This document shows, in pieces, positions 27,001 to 40,419 of a DNA stretch of 64,000 bases. This DNA is from Haplodiscus bocki (lineage: Eukaryota). Within the stretch, counting starts at the first letter, position 1, and every line of letters begins with the position of its first letter. Below the pieces are notes generated by a model. It saw only the letters and a program-made list of their open reading frames with translations. It was not told the origin of the DNA and searched no databases. A program made the translations under genes and the position numbers. The stretch lies in assembly GCA_965655095.1 (NCBI GenBank), contig OZ296656.1, forward strand, positions 32,240,001-32,304,000, given 5' to 3'.

Positions 27001-27289
27001 TGCAAATATACATGGTCATTTTCTGCAACACAGACATTTCTTCATGGGTGTGATTTTAGTTAGGGAAAATTCGTTTCTCTTTATCAAGCATTAGGACCAA
27101 AAAAAATTGGGGAAACTCTAAAATGGCCTTTTCAGTGAACCATTGAATTTACTTGCATCACCTTGAATAATGATCAGAGAAATGGAGACAAAGTATCTTT
27201 CCGAGCAAACACGGCATCACCTGTTTTCAAAAACCAACTTTATAATCCGGCAATATGAATGTAGGTCATGTCCAGATCTTACCACACAG

Positions 27290-30200
27290 GTTCGTTCAAA
27301 ACCTTTTCTGAAGTTTCCACATGGTTCATTTTTTTGCCTGAAGCAAAAATGAAATGAGCAAATTATTTCCCTAAACTCGGCGAAAAAATTGATTGTTGCA
27401 GTTGTGCCTTTTTTGGCGAATTTGGAATTGGTAGTCACCCTCCTCAAAAAAACATGATTCTTTAGGTGTTTTATAACAAATTAGTACACCCACACTCACT
27501 TCGAAAAAGATCAACCATTTCAAAACCTATTTAGGAATGTAAAACTAAAACAAAAGCAATCCACTGTTTTCAAAAAACTAGATCAGTATCGTTTTTTCAA
27601 ATTTATAAACTCCATTTTGGCAAGCTAGTTTGAAAAACCGCTGTTGCTCTGCGAAAAGAACATTGACAACTTGAAGTATAGCTGAGCAATGCTAACACTT
27701 GTATGCATAACCCTGATCTCTGTTTCTCCCAAGATATCCACACTTCCCTTAGGTGCCAACATTGCTGCATTCAGGTTTTGGTTAAAACACGCCAGTAATG
27801 ACATCCACTGAAAAATCAAACACAACCTTCAAAAAAATTCTGTGCTCTTTCGGCTTTCCCTTTTTGTAACGAGAACCGGTCACCCAAAGTGCAAAAGATG
27901 TGTTACAAGAAAGTTTCGTTTTGTGCCGAAAAGCAAGTTCAATAACTGATGTTGAAACAATTAAGGGAGAAAGTGAAAAGCTGCGGAATAGTAAAAGTAG
28001 GTGAAAACCCTTCAGTAAGATTCCAAAGCTATTATGCTAGTCTTTGACGAAATCTAAAATGTGGATTGAGATAAGTCTGGAGACACAGGGAATTTTTATG
28101 GATTTCTTCATATTAAGGAAGAAAGAGGTTCATGTTAGTATTTTCTACAGTATATTAGCTGGGCTAAATAAAACAAAACCTGCCAAATGTCGCCTTAGGT
28201 TGGCCAATATTAAAATAACTTCGTGCAATGAACAATCTCAGAAAAATAACATTCGAAAAAGAAAAAATTGTCAACCAGAAGTGTCCCACCAAAAAGTATT
28301 GGATTGAAAACTTTATCTGCCTGTTTTTTTTTCGAAAAAATGCCTGCAGTTAGAAAAGTTGAGCCGAGTTTCTGTACATTTCTACGATTGTGAAAGAAGT
28401 AGTCCAACACTGAAAAGTCGTTCTAAGTTTCTCGAACATTTGATGATCGGCTGCTCTTGGAAAACAAATTGAGTTGTTCTCAAATTGAACGGAAAGTTAT
28501 TACTAGCATGGCAATCTTCAGCCAACACATTTAGAGACGTTGAGAGAGGGAAAACGAAAGACAGAGATTTTTGTGTTGAGGGCAAGCAATCTCTCTACAT
28601 GAAAAACCCATTTCGATATTACAGGTTTCACAAGCCAGAAATCCTGATCAAAGTGTTTTTTTCCTGTCTCTTGGAAATTTGCTCCGATCGAGAATCTATG
28701 CTTTTGTTCGAGCTTATTGCAGCTCGAAAATTTCTTCAATCATGAATATTGTTCACTCTATACACCTTAAAAAATCCAACCTGTCAAACGAACGTTTCTA
28801 AGAGAAATCCCATCTCCAATTATCTCCAGGTGAATTGTCTTTGTTTACATACAAAACAACAACCACTTCCCGAGGAAAACACTGAGACTAACGAGAAAAA
28901 TGGTTTGGAAGTTGCTTTAACTCCAATGACTTTCCATCGTGGAAAAGGGCTGCCGTTTGTGGAAACCACCAGATTTTTGCTACTGCAGTTTTTAGATGAA
29001 TTAGAATAATCAAAAATTTATCTAAAGTATATTTGGTCTCAATTTTTGAGTGATCTCAGCAGCACAATGTCCTCTTTCGCTAACAATTTTAAAAGTTGGG
29101 AACCTTTTTTCCCTGATTAATCAATCGAACACTACTATCATTGACTGCAACTGTTCCAACAGTTTCCAAAAACCAGTCTCCGTGTGCAATTGTTTGTTTT
29201 CTCGTTTATGTCTGTAGGTTCCTAGGGGCAGAATAGTTCATGTTTTTGTTTTCATTTCGTCAGAAGCTCAAGTTTTTACGATCGTAAAGTTGCCTTCTGT
29301 ATGGATCCTATACATAAATTCTCACTGAGGACATTTACGACATTTGCGTCCTAGTGTCCCAAATTTTAGAAAATTAAATGTTAACAAAGTACCAGGGGAA
29401 CTTTGTCGACAACCAGAAAAACACACTAGCTCCAATCCCACAAGGTTTTTTTACGAATTTTTTTTCACCAAGCTTTTGTTGGAAACAATGAATTTTTCCA
29501 AAGTTCACTGATGCTGATAGAAATACATGAAAAAAAGTTTAACCTTTGTTGTTCCACGAGGGGAGTAGGTGATAAGAGTTGCTGTAATCTACCTTCGACT
29601 ACTCTGAACCAACAGTTTCTAATTCCGGAAAAGGACTCTACCAGAAGTGTGACTTCAAGAAATGAAGGGACTACTGTTTTTAACGCTCAGATCAACATCA
29701 GCTCAAGTATCTGTCTATAAAGCCAGTCCTGGCAAATTCATGCTTTTTTCAACTACACGCTTGGAAAAATGTAAATGGCGTGACATTGCACAAAACTTTG
29801 CAAAAAGTGATTTCGTATTCCTGCGTGGAATTTCTTTCATTTATCACTCTGGTGCAAAAGTTGGATTTTACGAAAAAAAAGATATATATCCAGAAAAAAC
29901 GTCAACTTACACCTTTTTGTTTTTTTCTCCTAGGAGTTTCTGTGCCAAGTAACATGGTGCAGAGATCGACAAAAATGCTGAACTTTTTGCATTTCTGAAT
30001 GAAAACCTTTGTTAGGTCGTGACATTGGTCGACAAAATGAGTTTTCCGAAGTAAAATATTTTCAACCAAAGAAAGAAAGAATACAATCAGTCCTTGCTCA
30101 GGTCTTTCGGAGCAGGTCTCACAGTCCTGAAACTTTCAGGAGCGCATACATCATTCTGTTTCTGAAATCATTTGAATATTTTGAAAGCGGGATTCTCAAT

Positions 30201-30334
30201 TTCTTTTCTTAGAACCAAGTAAATTCTCCAGAAAGCACGCTGAGTACTTTCTGTTTTGGTTTTATTGACGATTATTCCGAGAAAACCATGTCAGATTTCG
30301 TGGTTGGTGTTTGTCATCTGTTGGTGTGGAAACA
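27290..30334 (-). repeat. Near-identical inverted arm, right copy
   Basis: Reverse complement of 21014-24060. Confidence 0.95.
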
Positions 30335-33300
30335 GAAATTTTTACAGTTTCATTGATTTTCAGCAGTTTTGCCCAAGGCCAGCAGTAATAAGCTCTCTGG
30401 ATTACGACCTTTCCGTCGAAACTTGCAGGTTGTAACAGTTTTTCAGTTTTTGCCTCTTCGAACTTTCTCAAACGATTCGCACAGCGCTGAAAATGCTGGA
30501 AAGTTTACATGTTCTTGAAGTTTTTATTAAAGATGCTAGATATAAACACTATCCAACATTGTATAAAGTGCTGTTTGTGCAAACTTTCAGTTTTCAAATA
30601 GTTTTATCAGAATATGGTGTCCTTTATTTCCCTCCACTGAACCTCAGAGTGCCGAAAGTGCTGGAATTGTTACAGTCTCCCTGAAAGGTACAAATTTTAG
30701 TCATCCACAAGAATGAACTACATGATTCAAGGTGCAAGCTCGAACAATTTCACTTTGTGACAAATTTTAATGTTTTTTGCCGAATCCATTTCATCCATCG
30801 ATTCTCACAGTTTTAAAACTGTCTGAAAAATTGCAGTTCCTCATGGTTTTCACTAAAAGTTCCGTTTATTGCCAATAATTGGCACTTTGAAAAATTTTTC
30901 GAACAAGAATTTCAAATTACAATGTGTGTTTTAAATTTGTTTTCGTTTTTATTGTTCTCCATCAAGTCGAACAGTAGTGAAAATTATGGTTTTAAAGATT
31001 TCTAAAGCTAATCTCCGAGGAGCAGCTTCACCAGCTTATGAAACAAGATCGCCACATTTGAATTTTTAGGTGGTAACACATTTCCGTTTTTCAACATGTT
31101 GAAAGTTTTCAAACGAACCTCAAAGCGCCAAAAATGTGAGAAACTTGAAACAACTCACAACTGCCGTTGAAGGTTCTACTCATTAGCAAAAAAATGCTGT
31201 GAAACGTCTCTATACGTGAAAATTTGTAACTGTATTATAAATTCTCCTTTTGTTGCTGGCTTTGTACTTTCCGTTCAAGTTGCACAGTGCCAAAAATAAC
31301 GGACGTGTAACAGTTTTTGGAAAAAATTTTTTTAAAGAAGTTCTCTTTATCAGGAATATCAAAGACTATTAAGCAAGTTACCCATCTTCAATTTCTCAAT
31401 TTCTAATTAGAGTTTTTCTCTTCTTGCTTAATTTACTGTGTTGAAAACAACACAATTGTTACACTACGTTCGATTTGTCAGCAGAATCCAATGTTCAGCA
31501 ATACTAAGCTCTCAAACTTAGGATAGGTACGTGCAAACTGTCAAAACTTCAAAAAATATTTTCGTTCTTTCGCCTGCTTCAAAGTCTTACAATCAAGTTT
31601 CAAAGTGCCGAATTTGGCAGATTAATTCCCAGCTCCTCAGAATTGCCACCAAAAAAATCGATAATTCGGCATTTATGATTAGTTAAAAAAATTCCCTACT
31701 CTGAATTTTTCAGAATACAAGAGCTTATGCCAGTTTATGTTCATTCAGAGTTTTCCCATTCCAGTCTCACAGTGCCGAAAATGATTGAACACCCATCATA
31801 TCAGCTGCAGCAAAAAGGACAAGGAATTTTCCATGAGTTAAATTTTCAGCGATAAAAAACCTGCGATGATCTTTCGGAACGGTTTAATGGCTTAAGAAAT
31901 TTGAAGACAAAGGGTTCCGGTCTGACTTAAAAACAGGTCTGGGAATTTTCCGGCTTTTGTCGGGTTTCAATGATGTCAAGAGATTTCCCTGGAGAGTGAG
32001 TTGCTTCAATTTGGCTTTTTTTTTCATTTCGTTTTGTCCTTGTTGGTCGGGAATATCTTGTGGTAACTCCATATACGGAAACGATTCTGTAATTAAACTC
32101 CATTGGTGACGCCATTGTCGCATCTCGATGTCGACATTCAGATTCGCTTGAAAGTAACTTACGACTCCTGTGCTGCAATGCAAATAACCAGACTCACCTG
32201 TCGGTTGCGTCATTGTCGTATCTCCGCTCGCGATTACCCCATAGTGTTTGGCTCGGGTGGGTTGAGTAATTGATCGTGAATGGTTACTCACTCAACCACC
32301 CGACTAAGTCGACCCATACTATTAGTAATTATATTGGACAAACTTTTCCATACAACTTTCTGCGATTAAGAAGTCGCCAATTCCAGCCCTGCTGGAAAAA
32401 AACTCTTAAAAATCGGCAGAAAAACAAATTTATATTCGAATAATATCAATAAATATTGCACATTTCGGCAGCTGGGCTTTTGTGGTTTCGGATTCAAGGA
32501 GCAAAAGGGAAGCAAACATTGTCACCTCAAAATTATATCCAAAAAGATGGCTGCCAATTGAGACCTTGATCGAAAAAATCCGGCCGGCATGTAGAGGGAT
32601 TTTAGTTTCAACGTAGAGAAAAGTCTTTCAAAATTGCGTTCCTTCGAAATTTGAGCCTATCAGCGTTCTGATGCAATAGCGAAACTGCAGTTACTTATAT
32701 CGAATAACCTGTTGTTAATAGTGTTGTCGAATAAATTCTGGTTGGAAGGATTAGGGTTTGATCTTTTCCGAAAAGAACGAGCTTGTTTATCGGGAAAATC
32801 TCAAAGTATATGACCATTTTGACATTTTCGGCCTATCAGGGTTCCAATGCAAGAAAAGAACCCAAGGTCTTCTTCTAAAAGCGAATTCTGCAAAAATAAA
32901 ACTGACCAAGAGTAAAGAAAGCTTTTCAGAATTTTAGAGAAATTTGAGTTTGAGTACCATGAAACATTCAAAACTAATAACTAACTCCAGATCCTTCTTC
33001 TGATAGAGAACAAACAAAATCATGTTCGAGCCATTGATTTTTTCAAGGGGCTATAAGTCAAGAAACAAATCCAAGGTACAGTTTGTCAAAGAACATTCTT
33101 GTGTTCTCTTATGAACTCTTATGTAATTTTTTAATAATAAATCCGAGTTCCAATAATTTTTACCGGCGTCAAAAAAATTCTCGGTTAAATGTGAAACGCT
33201 GGGGTAAATATTCAATATACTCGAGGATTTCATTGAAATTTGAAAATTTTCTGCTAAAACTCTTCAAGAATGGACAGCCAAAGTTTCTGCTGAAATAGAG

Positions 33301-33936
33301 TTATTTCGAGAATTTGGTAATTACGTGAAGTACTCTTTGTTGTGATGAACAACTCAGGACAATTTAAATTAGGAATTCAGCTTCTGCGAGGAACTATTAG
33401 ACTACTAAAGCAACTTTCGATTTCAATAGCTATAGCTTGAAGGTTTTTTGTAGCACTAAACACAAATCGGCGAATCAGTGGAGAAAACAGTTCACGTTCT
33501 GAGTTGAAAATCCTATTTCTCTAAGTTTATTACGACACAAAAAAAACAAATTTTCAGGTTGACAGGTTGTGAAGAAAAAAATGCTTCATTGAAAGTTTAT
33601 TTAGTGAAACGACTCTTTTTGGTAATGTTTGTGGAAGCTTTGCACGGCAATTCAGACTCGAAAACAGTTTAGGATCAAAATCGGATTTGGACCGAATTTA
33701 AAAATTGGCCCAAACTCTTCGACTAGTTACCCGAAGTACTTCAAAAAAAGAAACATACGACGTTATGTTTTCAGAAAATTTTCCATTTTTGTATACAGTT
33801 CAAACATAAATTGATTAGTCGACAACAGCTTTTTTCTTATGGAGCACGCGATGTCTCAATAAACATTCCAAGCTCTGGTACTCAAAATCATTTTTCAAAG
33901 CGCAAAATCTGAGAACAATCGAATCAATTGTAGCAG

Positions 33937-36900
33937 TATCGCGTGTACAGGAATTGTAGTTAAACTACGCATCAAATATATCACGTAATATTCGCCTCAA
34001 CTAATATTGCTAGGCGGCATGTGCGGCCATGTGTCTACGTCATCGTGTAAGAAAGTCGCAGAAGCTCACACTCTTTTCAGCTTCCTAAAAATGCCAATCT
34101 AAACCGCACGGAGGAAGCTGCGTAAGTTGTACTAGCAAAAACCTGGTGAGCAAAAGAAGAATAAAAAAGAGACGAAGTAATTGGTGAATTTACGGAAATG
34201 GCAGTCAGTCTAATTAATGTGAATGTACACGAGATAAGATTATGTTTCGGAAAAGTGAGAGTATTAGAATCAGGATTTGAGCAATCCAATATATTAAAAA
34301 TTAGCGGAAAACTCAAATTTCCAAAGCATCATTTCTTTTCCATAAAATTTTTTCTACATAAAAAGGCAAGCTGCAATTCTGCATAATCTCCCCTGTTGCA
34401 AAACCATGTCCCGAATCAATTGAGGCTCGAGATTGAAATTGCTTTGGTTCCCGTTATGTCTGAGCCTGAAATATATTCTTTCCCGATAGCTGGGCGTCCT
34501 GGGTGTGACAACAACTTGGGAGTCTCTTAACGAGTTGATGAGGAGGCTCTGGAAGATTGGGCTAACGTCACATGGTTTTTGACTGGCGGCCCTGGGTTCT
34601 CGGTTGAGGAGCCAGAATCTGCGGTTTCCTTCTGTTTTTGTACAGAAAAAACTTAGAAAAGCGAATTCTTTGCTGCACCACTATGGAAAATGACCTGTTG
34701 AAAGCTCTACTAACAGGCTTCAGCAAATTGAAAAATTACCAAAAAAAACAGCGGGCGGAACGATTTAATAGTTGGCCTCCATCTACATTTCGTGTGCAGC
34801 TCGAGGGAAATTCGAAAACTGGGGGATTCTTGGAAGTAGAGTAGGTCCATGGTTTACTTCAAAAGTGGTGTGAAAGTAGTCCACACCACAAGTGCATTCT
34901 GTTGGAGTGTTTGCTCCACCAAATAGTAAGATATTGGAATTGCAAAATAACACTCTCTCATAAAAGCTTACAATTTAAATTTGAAAATCATAACAGTTCA
35001 CAATTTAATGATACAAAGCATAAAAATTAAATTCAGCCAAAGTTGGAATTATTTAATTGAATGAGAACAGACATTTTTAGTAAATTTACAAAACTTTTCC
35101 ATGGAAAATGGAACATTTACCAAAATTAAGGACTAATTTGAAGTAACGTTTTATTAGCTTTCTGGCTAGGGCGAATAATAACTAATAACGTTCGTTTTTT
35201 CTAGCTCGCGCTTTGCTTTTTGCTATATAGAACTTCCAGTTTTATTTGATGATTCAGTCATTTCAATTTAAGGTAAGACTTCAGTATCATGCCTTAGAAG
35301 CAGTCAACCTAATGAAATCTCGCAAATCCCCATTAGCCGCGAACTATAAGTTGAATTTTGTGCAAATACCGAAGGGGATATTAAATTTTTTTAGACTCTG
35401 GAAAAAAGGATCAAACGCAGTCAAACAGGTCAGACATCTTAGATGATCTTTTCGTCAACTGTGAGGCACTGACGAGGATTTTACATGCATTTTCGTTTTA
35501 GGATTATATAGCTCCTTCAGCCTTATATACACAAGTCAGTACTTGCATTACCACATCGACTGGTTGAAACTTCTTAACTATCCCTACAATTACAAACTGT
35601 GAAGAAATCTCTGGATTCCTTGGACGGGTTTAAATATTTTTGGTGCTGTCTAAAACTCAGCTAAAACTCACTGTGAGCGGCAAACTTGTGTTTTTCTCCT
35701 AGTTCCTTTTTAACTTGAACGCAGCAGGTCTTCTGCCATTCATCAAAAGAGAATATATAAAAAACGAGTAGTGAGAATAATTCTACTAGATCAAGCAAGG
35801 TAATGACTAACGTATACCAAAGTGGAGCGGAGGATTTCTTTATGTTTTCAGCGGGTTGAAGCACCTTCCGGTTATCTTCAATTGGCTAATCGGTCAGTGG
35901 AGGATAGTTTTTTTGTTGGGTTGACAGCGGGTGAAGCCCCAACGAGTAGTGCAACCAAGAAGATCCTGATGATAAATGTCAGCCCACAATACGGAAAATT
36001 TGTAGACAAAATTCGATGAGTTGAAATTGAATTTCAGCGAAGACACACTTTGGACCTGTCTTAAAAGATTTCCATGAGTTGTAGTTGAATTTTGGCTTCG
36101 ACACAATGTTGAATTGTCTTAGAGTAAATTCGATGAGTTGTAATTGAATTTCAGCTGAGGCACAACTTGGAATTGTTTTAGAATTACATCCCTGAGTTGT
36201 AGTTGAAGTTCGGCCTAGACTTGACCTTGTCTTGGAGAAACTTCGAAAATAACTGTTTGGATTTAGGCTAACCCACAACTCGGAAATATTTCAGGATAAT
36301 TTCGAAGAGTAGTAACTGATATTCGGCTAAAACACAACTTCTTGGATTTGTTTCAGAAGATTTTCAACGAGTTGTAATTGAATTTGGGCCAAGATGCGGT
36401 TTGCAAATGTCTTGCAAACATTCTGAGGTGAAGCAAATTGAGAAAAGTGATTTTAGCTTGCTTGATAAAAGTGAGAATATTCTAGAAATTTAGTAAAGGT
36501 TGAGTGTAGCAGGCTTTTACTTCAGCTAATTAAGCAAGTGAATGAGGGCGAGCTCCTCGAAATTATGACTGAGCACTGGTTTTTTATGCCCCGTTTGGTC
36601 ACGTGACCACTTAGTGTGACATAGCATGTTGGTCATGAAGCCAATAGGAAAAACCCAGTAGGCTGGGGAAATTATAATTTTGTATCTGTAAATAAAAATC
36701 TTGAAAGTTTGAAACTTCACCCGAATAAATTGAGCTGTCTATCAATTTTATCTTGCTGCCGTAATGACTTCAATTTTTACTAGCCATCTCTATTGTATAC
36801 GTTCTGTCTTCAATTTTAATCTATGTTGCTCGTCAGAGTTGGGAGGTGTATTTGTCTTTGCCCTGGATTTTTGCAACGTCCCTTCGAGTCTGTGTGGTAA

Positions 36901-37083
36901 GTAAATTTCACTTCCTTCATAATCTCGTAAATTTCGCAAGTCCAGTTCGATTAGAAAATGTACAAACTGCACTAATCACTTCAAGTATTAATCTGAGGAG
37001 TGAAGTTAGTGTTAACTTTTCGTTAAAATGAAGTCCAAAAGTTTCACGTTTTGTATGATTTGACAGTTAAAGGTATCGCGATA
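33937..37083 (-). repeat. 3' LTR (3147 bp), termini TATCGCG...CGCGATA
   Basis: Colinear with 40420-42548 apart from an ~850-bp extra block (34890-35740) and the copy number of an internal repeat. Confidence 0.75.
35960..36420 (+). repeat. ~59-bp tandem repeat inside the LTR (~7 copies; ~4 copies at 41600-41850)
   Basis: atgagttgta(a/g)ttgaatttc-like motif at about 36015, 36073, 36132, 36191, 36304 and 36366. Confidence 0.7.
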
Positions 37084-37099
37084 ACTCACCCAACTGAAA

Positions 37100-39100
37100 C
37101 GAAGAAGATGTTGAATACAGGGTTCTAGGGGAAGAGACGAAAGGACTACTGGGAGATATAAAATGCAAATTTTTCAGATATCTCAAAGTTTTGATTGAGG
37201 GAGAGCAATAACAGTTTGCAGGATAACCATCAGTCACTGGGCAGGCAACGATGTTTTTTCGAGAGTCGGTTTGTCTTGGCGGCTTTGCCAAATGATAAAG
37301 TTGCATGAGTTGAACTCAGGTTTTAGGCCATGTTGAAGTCGAAATATGAACCGTGCTCAGCTAATCTTTCTCGTTTTGGAAGCAAAATACTCTCTGCGAT
37401 GTTGGTGACTAGGGACTAAAAATGCAGTTTCAACGAGGTGTTCACACTGACTGGGACATGATGAAAGGGGGCGACCAATGGTTGGAGAAGAAAAGTGGGC
37501 GGAAGTTGTTATTGATCTTCATTACTGTTGGCTGCGAAGGATCGAAAGTTTTCAGTTGAAGGGTTTTTAACTGTGGAAGCTCAATCAAGGGGCTCCGTAG
37601 TTGAAGTGATTAGAGGGCTTGCGTGATCGTCAGGCGAAACTGGGCTAAGAAGAAATACTGCAGGAGAAGTCGGAGGTGAAAGATATACTACTTCCGGGTT
37701 AGTGGTTACAGCAAGGCTACAGAGAGTCAATGATCGTAAATCTGCGTCTAGGTTTGAAAAAATAGAAAAGATGTCGACCTTGCAAGAGCGATCTTCGATG
37801 ATCTCAGCCATGGAGTCGGGTTAATCTGGCATGGGTACTTCCAATGGAATTTTATCGCACCTGGGCAAAAACAATTTGTCATCCAGTTGCAACCAAGATG
37901 CAAATTGTAAGTTTTGTGGAACCTAACCTACATCTGGAACCAATTTGTGAGTAACCTCGGTCGACAGCATGGAGATCTAAGACCATAGTTAGCTGCGCCA
38001 CTAGATTCACATAGGAAAAGATCTCTCTATTTTCTCATAGGAATAGTTTTTGAAATTGCCTTAATATCAAACCGGCGCTCCTTGGGCAGTAAGACAGAGT
38101 AGGAGCCAGGGTTCTAAAGTAGTAGCTCCAGTACTGTGCAAACGACGTTGACATTTTTTCTAAGAGATGCTGGCGCGAAACGGGTATCTTCAGAAAACTG
38201 CCATTCATTCTAGCTTCTTCCGTAAAAACTGTAAATATGATAAAATTTATCGGCCTATTTTGAGCCGGTTGTCACGGTTAATTGAGAGTAAAATAATCAA
38301 AGAAGCTTCAAGCCAGATATAATTTTGCATATAAATGAAATAATGACTGGTAAAAGAATTTTGGGCTCTTTAATTGTTATCTGGACATTGGAACAATACG
38401 TTTTTCGAGGAGAAAAGAATCCATGAATCCATGTAAATTTAACATGAGGGTGGCCAAGAGCTCAATTTCTTGCATCATGGAAAAATTCCAGATTTGTAGG
38501 CATGATTTTTTTGTGCCCAATCAGATAGTAGAAGTGAGTTGACGTTGATAAGTGACAACTTGAGAAATATCCCAAGAAATTTTCCCATAATCCAGAAGAT
38601 CGTCCAAGTTTTAGTTTTCCCGTTTTTCCATTTCTTTGCAGACCTTCATGGTCTCAAAGAGGTTGGCAAACTCTTCTTTTCAGGATGTTATGGAGTTATG
38701 ATTCAAGTATTGCAGCGAAGAGTTCCTCAATCGACCCGATCCAGACTTTGGAGAATGTTTTCGTCGGAATTTGAAAAGCTGGATAGAGGATTGTAAAAGC
38801 TGTTCTTGTTTATGTGCTCCCATTGAAGCATTTTTGGTTTCCACTTGCAGCGAAGAGTTACTTTTGATTGGTTTTGTGGTGTGACCATGGCATAAATTTC
38901 GATCATCTCAAAGTTCGCGTAAATGATTCGAAGTAAACAACTGCAAAGATAACTTCTGTTGGCAGGGCTTTGTATCCAGGCATAAGATTGTAGGTTCGGA
39001 TAAGATGATTAGGTGGAGAATTTAACTACAGCAAATAGGAAAGTGCCATCAAGTAACATCAGGAGATATAAAAGTTTAAAAAAAGGCAATAAAAAATGAG
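37100..39100 (-). pseudogene. Decayed ORF-X of unknown function downstream of gag
   Basis: Protein-like segments across frames (TFLFAVVKF..YPNLQSYAWIQ; SSLQYL..KEEFANLF; NFSMMQEIEL; NPGSYSVL; FASWLQLDDKLFLP); no RT, RNaseH or IN motifs seen. Confidence 0.45.
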
Positions 39101-39134
39101 ATCAAGAGATAGAGAATGCTCTTTCATAGGAGTC

Positions 39135-40304
39135 AGTAGCCCAATGGAAGCGGGTTAAATAGTTCATCGTCAGACTTGCTGGTTGAGGTGAATTGTGCCC
39201 TATTAAAACTCATTCCGTTAATCCTTGAGAAATTTCTTGGTTCAGGAGGGTTACACGTGTCAGTTTCATGTTGCCAAGTGGCTTCCTGGTTAGATAGACG
39301 TCCGTTCATTCAGCTTTTTCTATAATGAAGGTCAAGAAAATGGTTCATGATACGACCGTTCTGCGGTCTATGGTTGAAGTTGCTAGTTGAATAGTTTTGT
39401 ATGGGAGTGACATTCCTTTTTGAAGACATATCAATTCGTGCTTTTCTCACTTCTTCATCTGGCATCTTTTTGCGACATCAATTTAGTATAAGTCCATTGT
39501 CATCGCAGCAATTACAGAATCGGTTAGTTTTTTTGTCTTTCTCGTTAATCGAAATGAAATTTTAGGAAAATTACTGCTACGGCATTGACGTGATGTTCTT
39601 TCAACACTGATCGAAGGTTTTTTAACTCCTGTCCAATTGTAGCCAACTCTGTCCTCGTTTGTTCTTCTAACAAATAGAAAAGTCGAGGAAAAATCTAGTT
39701 CCAAACCCTTTGGAAATATTTGGCAGCAGACATTGTTCCAAATAGCGTGTGGACGCTCCATTAGATACTCGTGAAATTTCCGTTGTAGATATCTAGGTCT
39801 AAATCTTCGCAAATTGTTGTCCATTTACCGTCGTCGACTTTGTCTTCCTTGTGCTGCTCGTTCTGCATTTTGTTGTCCATATGTGATACAGTTGATATCG
39901 TCGGGCCAACCCTTATCTTCCGTTCATTTAATGCTACGGAGAAAATCCCGATTTTCTTTTCCATCTCTTCTATTACAGTGCTCAAGTTCCAATCGATTGC
40001 GGAATTTGGGTTGTAGTTCTTCAAATCTAGTAATAAAGTCGGTTCGGATAGCTTCCCATGAGGTAACAGCTTCCACAAGGCTTCCATAGCAATCGGCAGC
40101 TGGAACTCTAAATGAAAAAGAAAAGAGTGATTTCTTGCAAAAATTGTAGTTGGCCAATTGTTCGGCGTTAGCGGGGGACATCTCCAACGGCAAGGGTATT
40201 TTTCTTCCAGTTAATTGTACAATGGATTCAGCATCCTGATCAGGGTCAGTGTCAGAGAACTTTTCCACGGCCAGGTCGGGATACGCAAGATGAGCTGCAG
40301 CCAA
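39135..40304 (-). pseudogene. Gypsy-type gag (capsid-like region + Cys/His knuckle), frameshifted
   Basis: AAAHLAYPDLAVEKFSDTDPDQDAES..SWEAIRTDFITRF..RPRYLQRK.HEYLMERP.A.WN..RFCNCCDDNG..CRKK. Confidence 0.75.
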
Positions 40305-40398
40305 TGTGATATATTTTTTACAAAACATCAACTATACAAAACTAACTAGGGCACAAACTGCACAAATTACAGAAAGAATCAATGTTGCTCACAAGTGT

Positions 40399-40416
40399 GC
40401 CGCACTGCTCGCACCA
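40399..40416 (-). promoter_or_regulatory. tRNA primer-binding site
   Basis: TGGTGCGAGCAGTGCGG begins 3 nt inside the LTR boundary, ~100 bp upstream of gag. Confidence 0.65.
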
Positions 40417-40419
40417 GTT

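Larger units (their letters stand above)
18328..32326. mobile_element. ~14-kb palindromic (fold-back) element with Polinton/Maverick-like AGTAGT termini
   Basis: 18328-25485 is the reverse complement of 26090-32326 throughout; the ORF track also mirrors (e.g. 21396-21686 minus = 29662-29952 plus). Termini agtagtagtattaagggttg and gacccatactattagt. The palindrome is directly visible; the Polinton assignment is inference. Confidence 0.8.

Noticed and set aside
27600-29010. Possible pPolB N-terminal remnants in the palindrome arm (KKFCAL.AFPF..., TFHRGKG..QFLDELE)
   Set aside because: Similarity is too weak by eye and no catalytic motif was found; left unassigned
21136-30212. Pairs of identical ORFs on opposite strands as duplicated genes
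   Set aside because: They are short, mostly begin at non-ATG codons and have no domains; they simply mirror the inverted repeat
35960-36420. CRISPR-like array
   Set aside because: Units are similar along their whole length (no unique spacers), the context is eukaryotic and there are no cas genes
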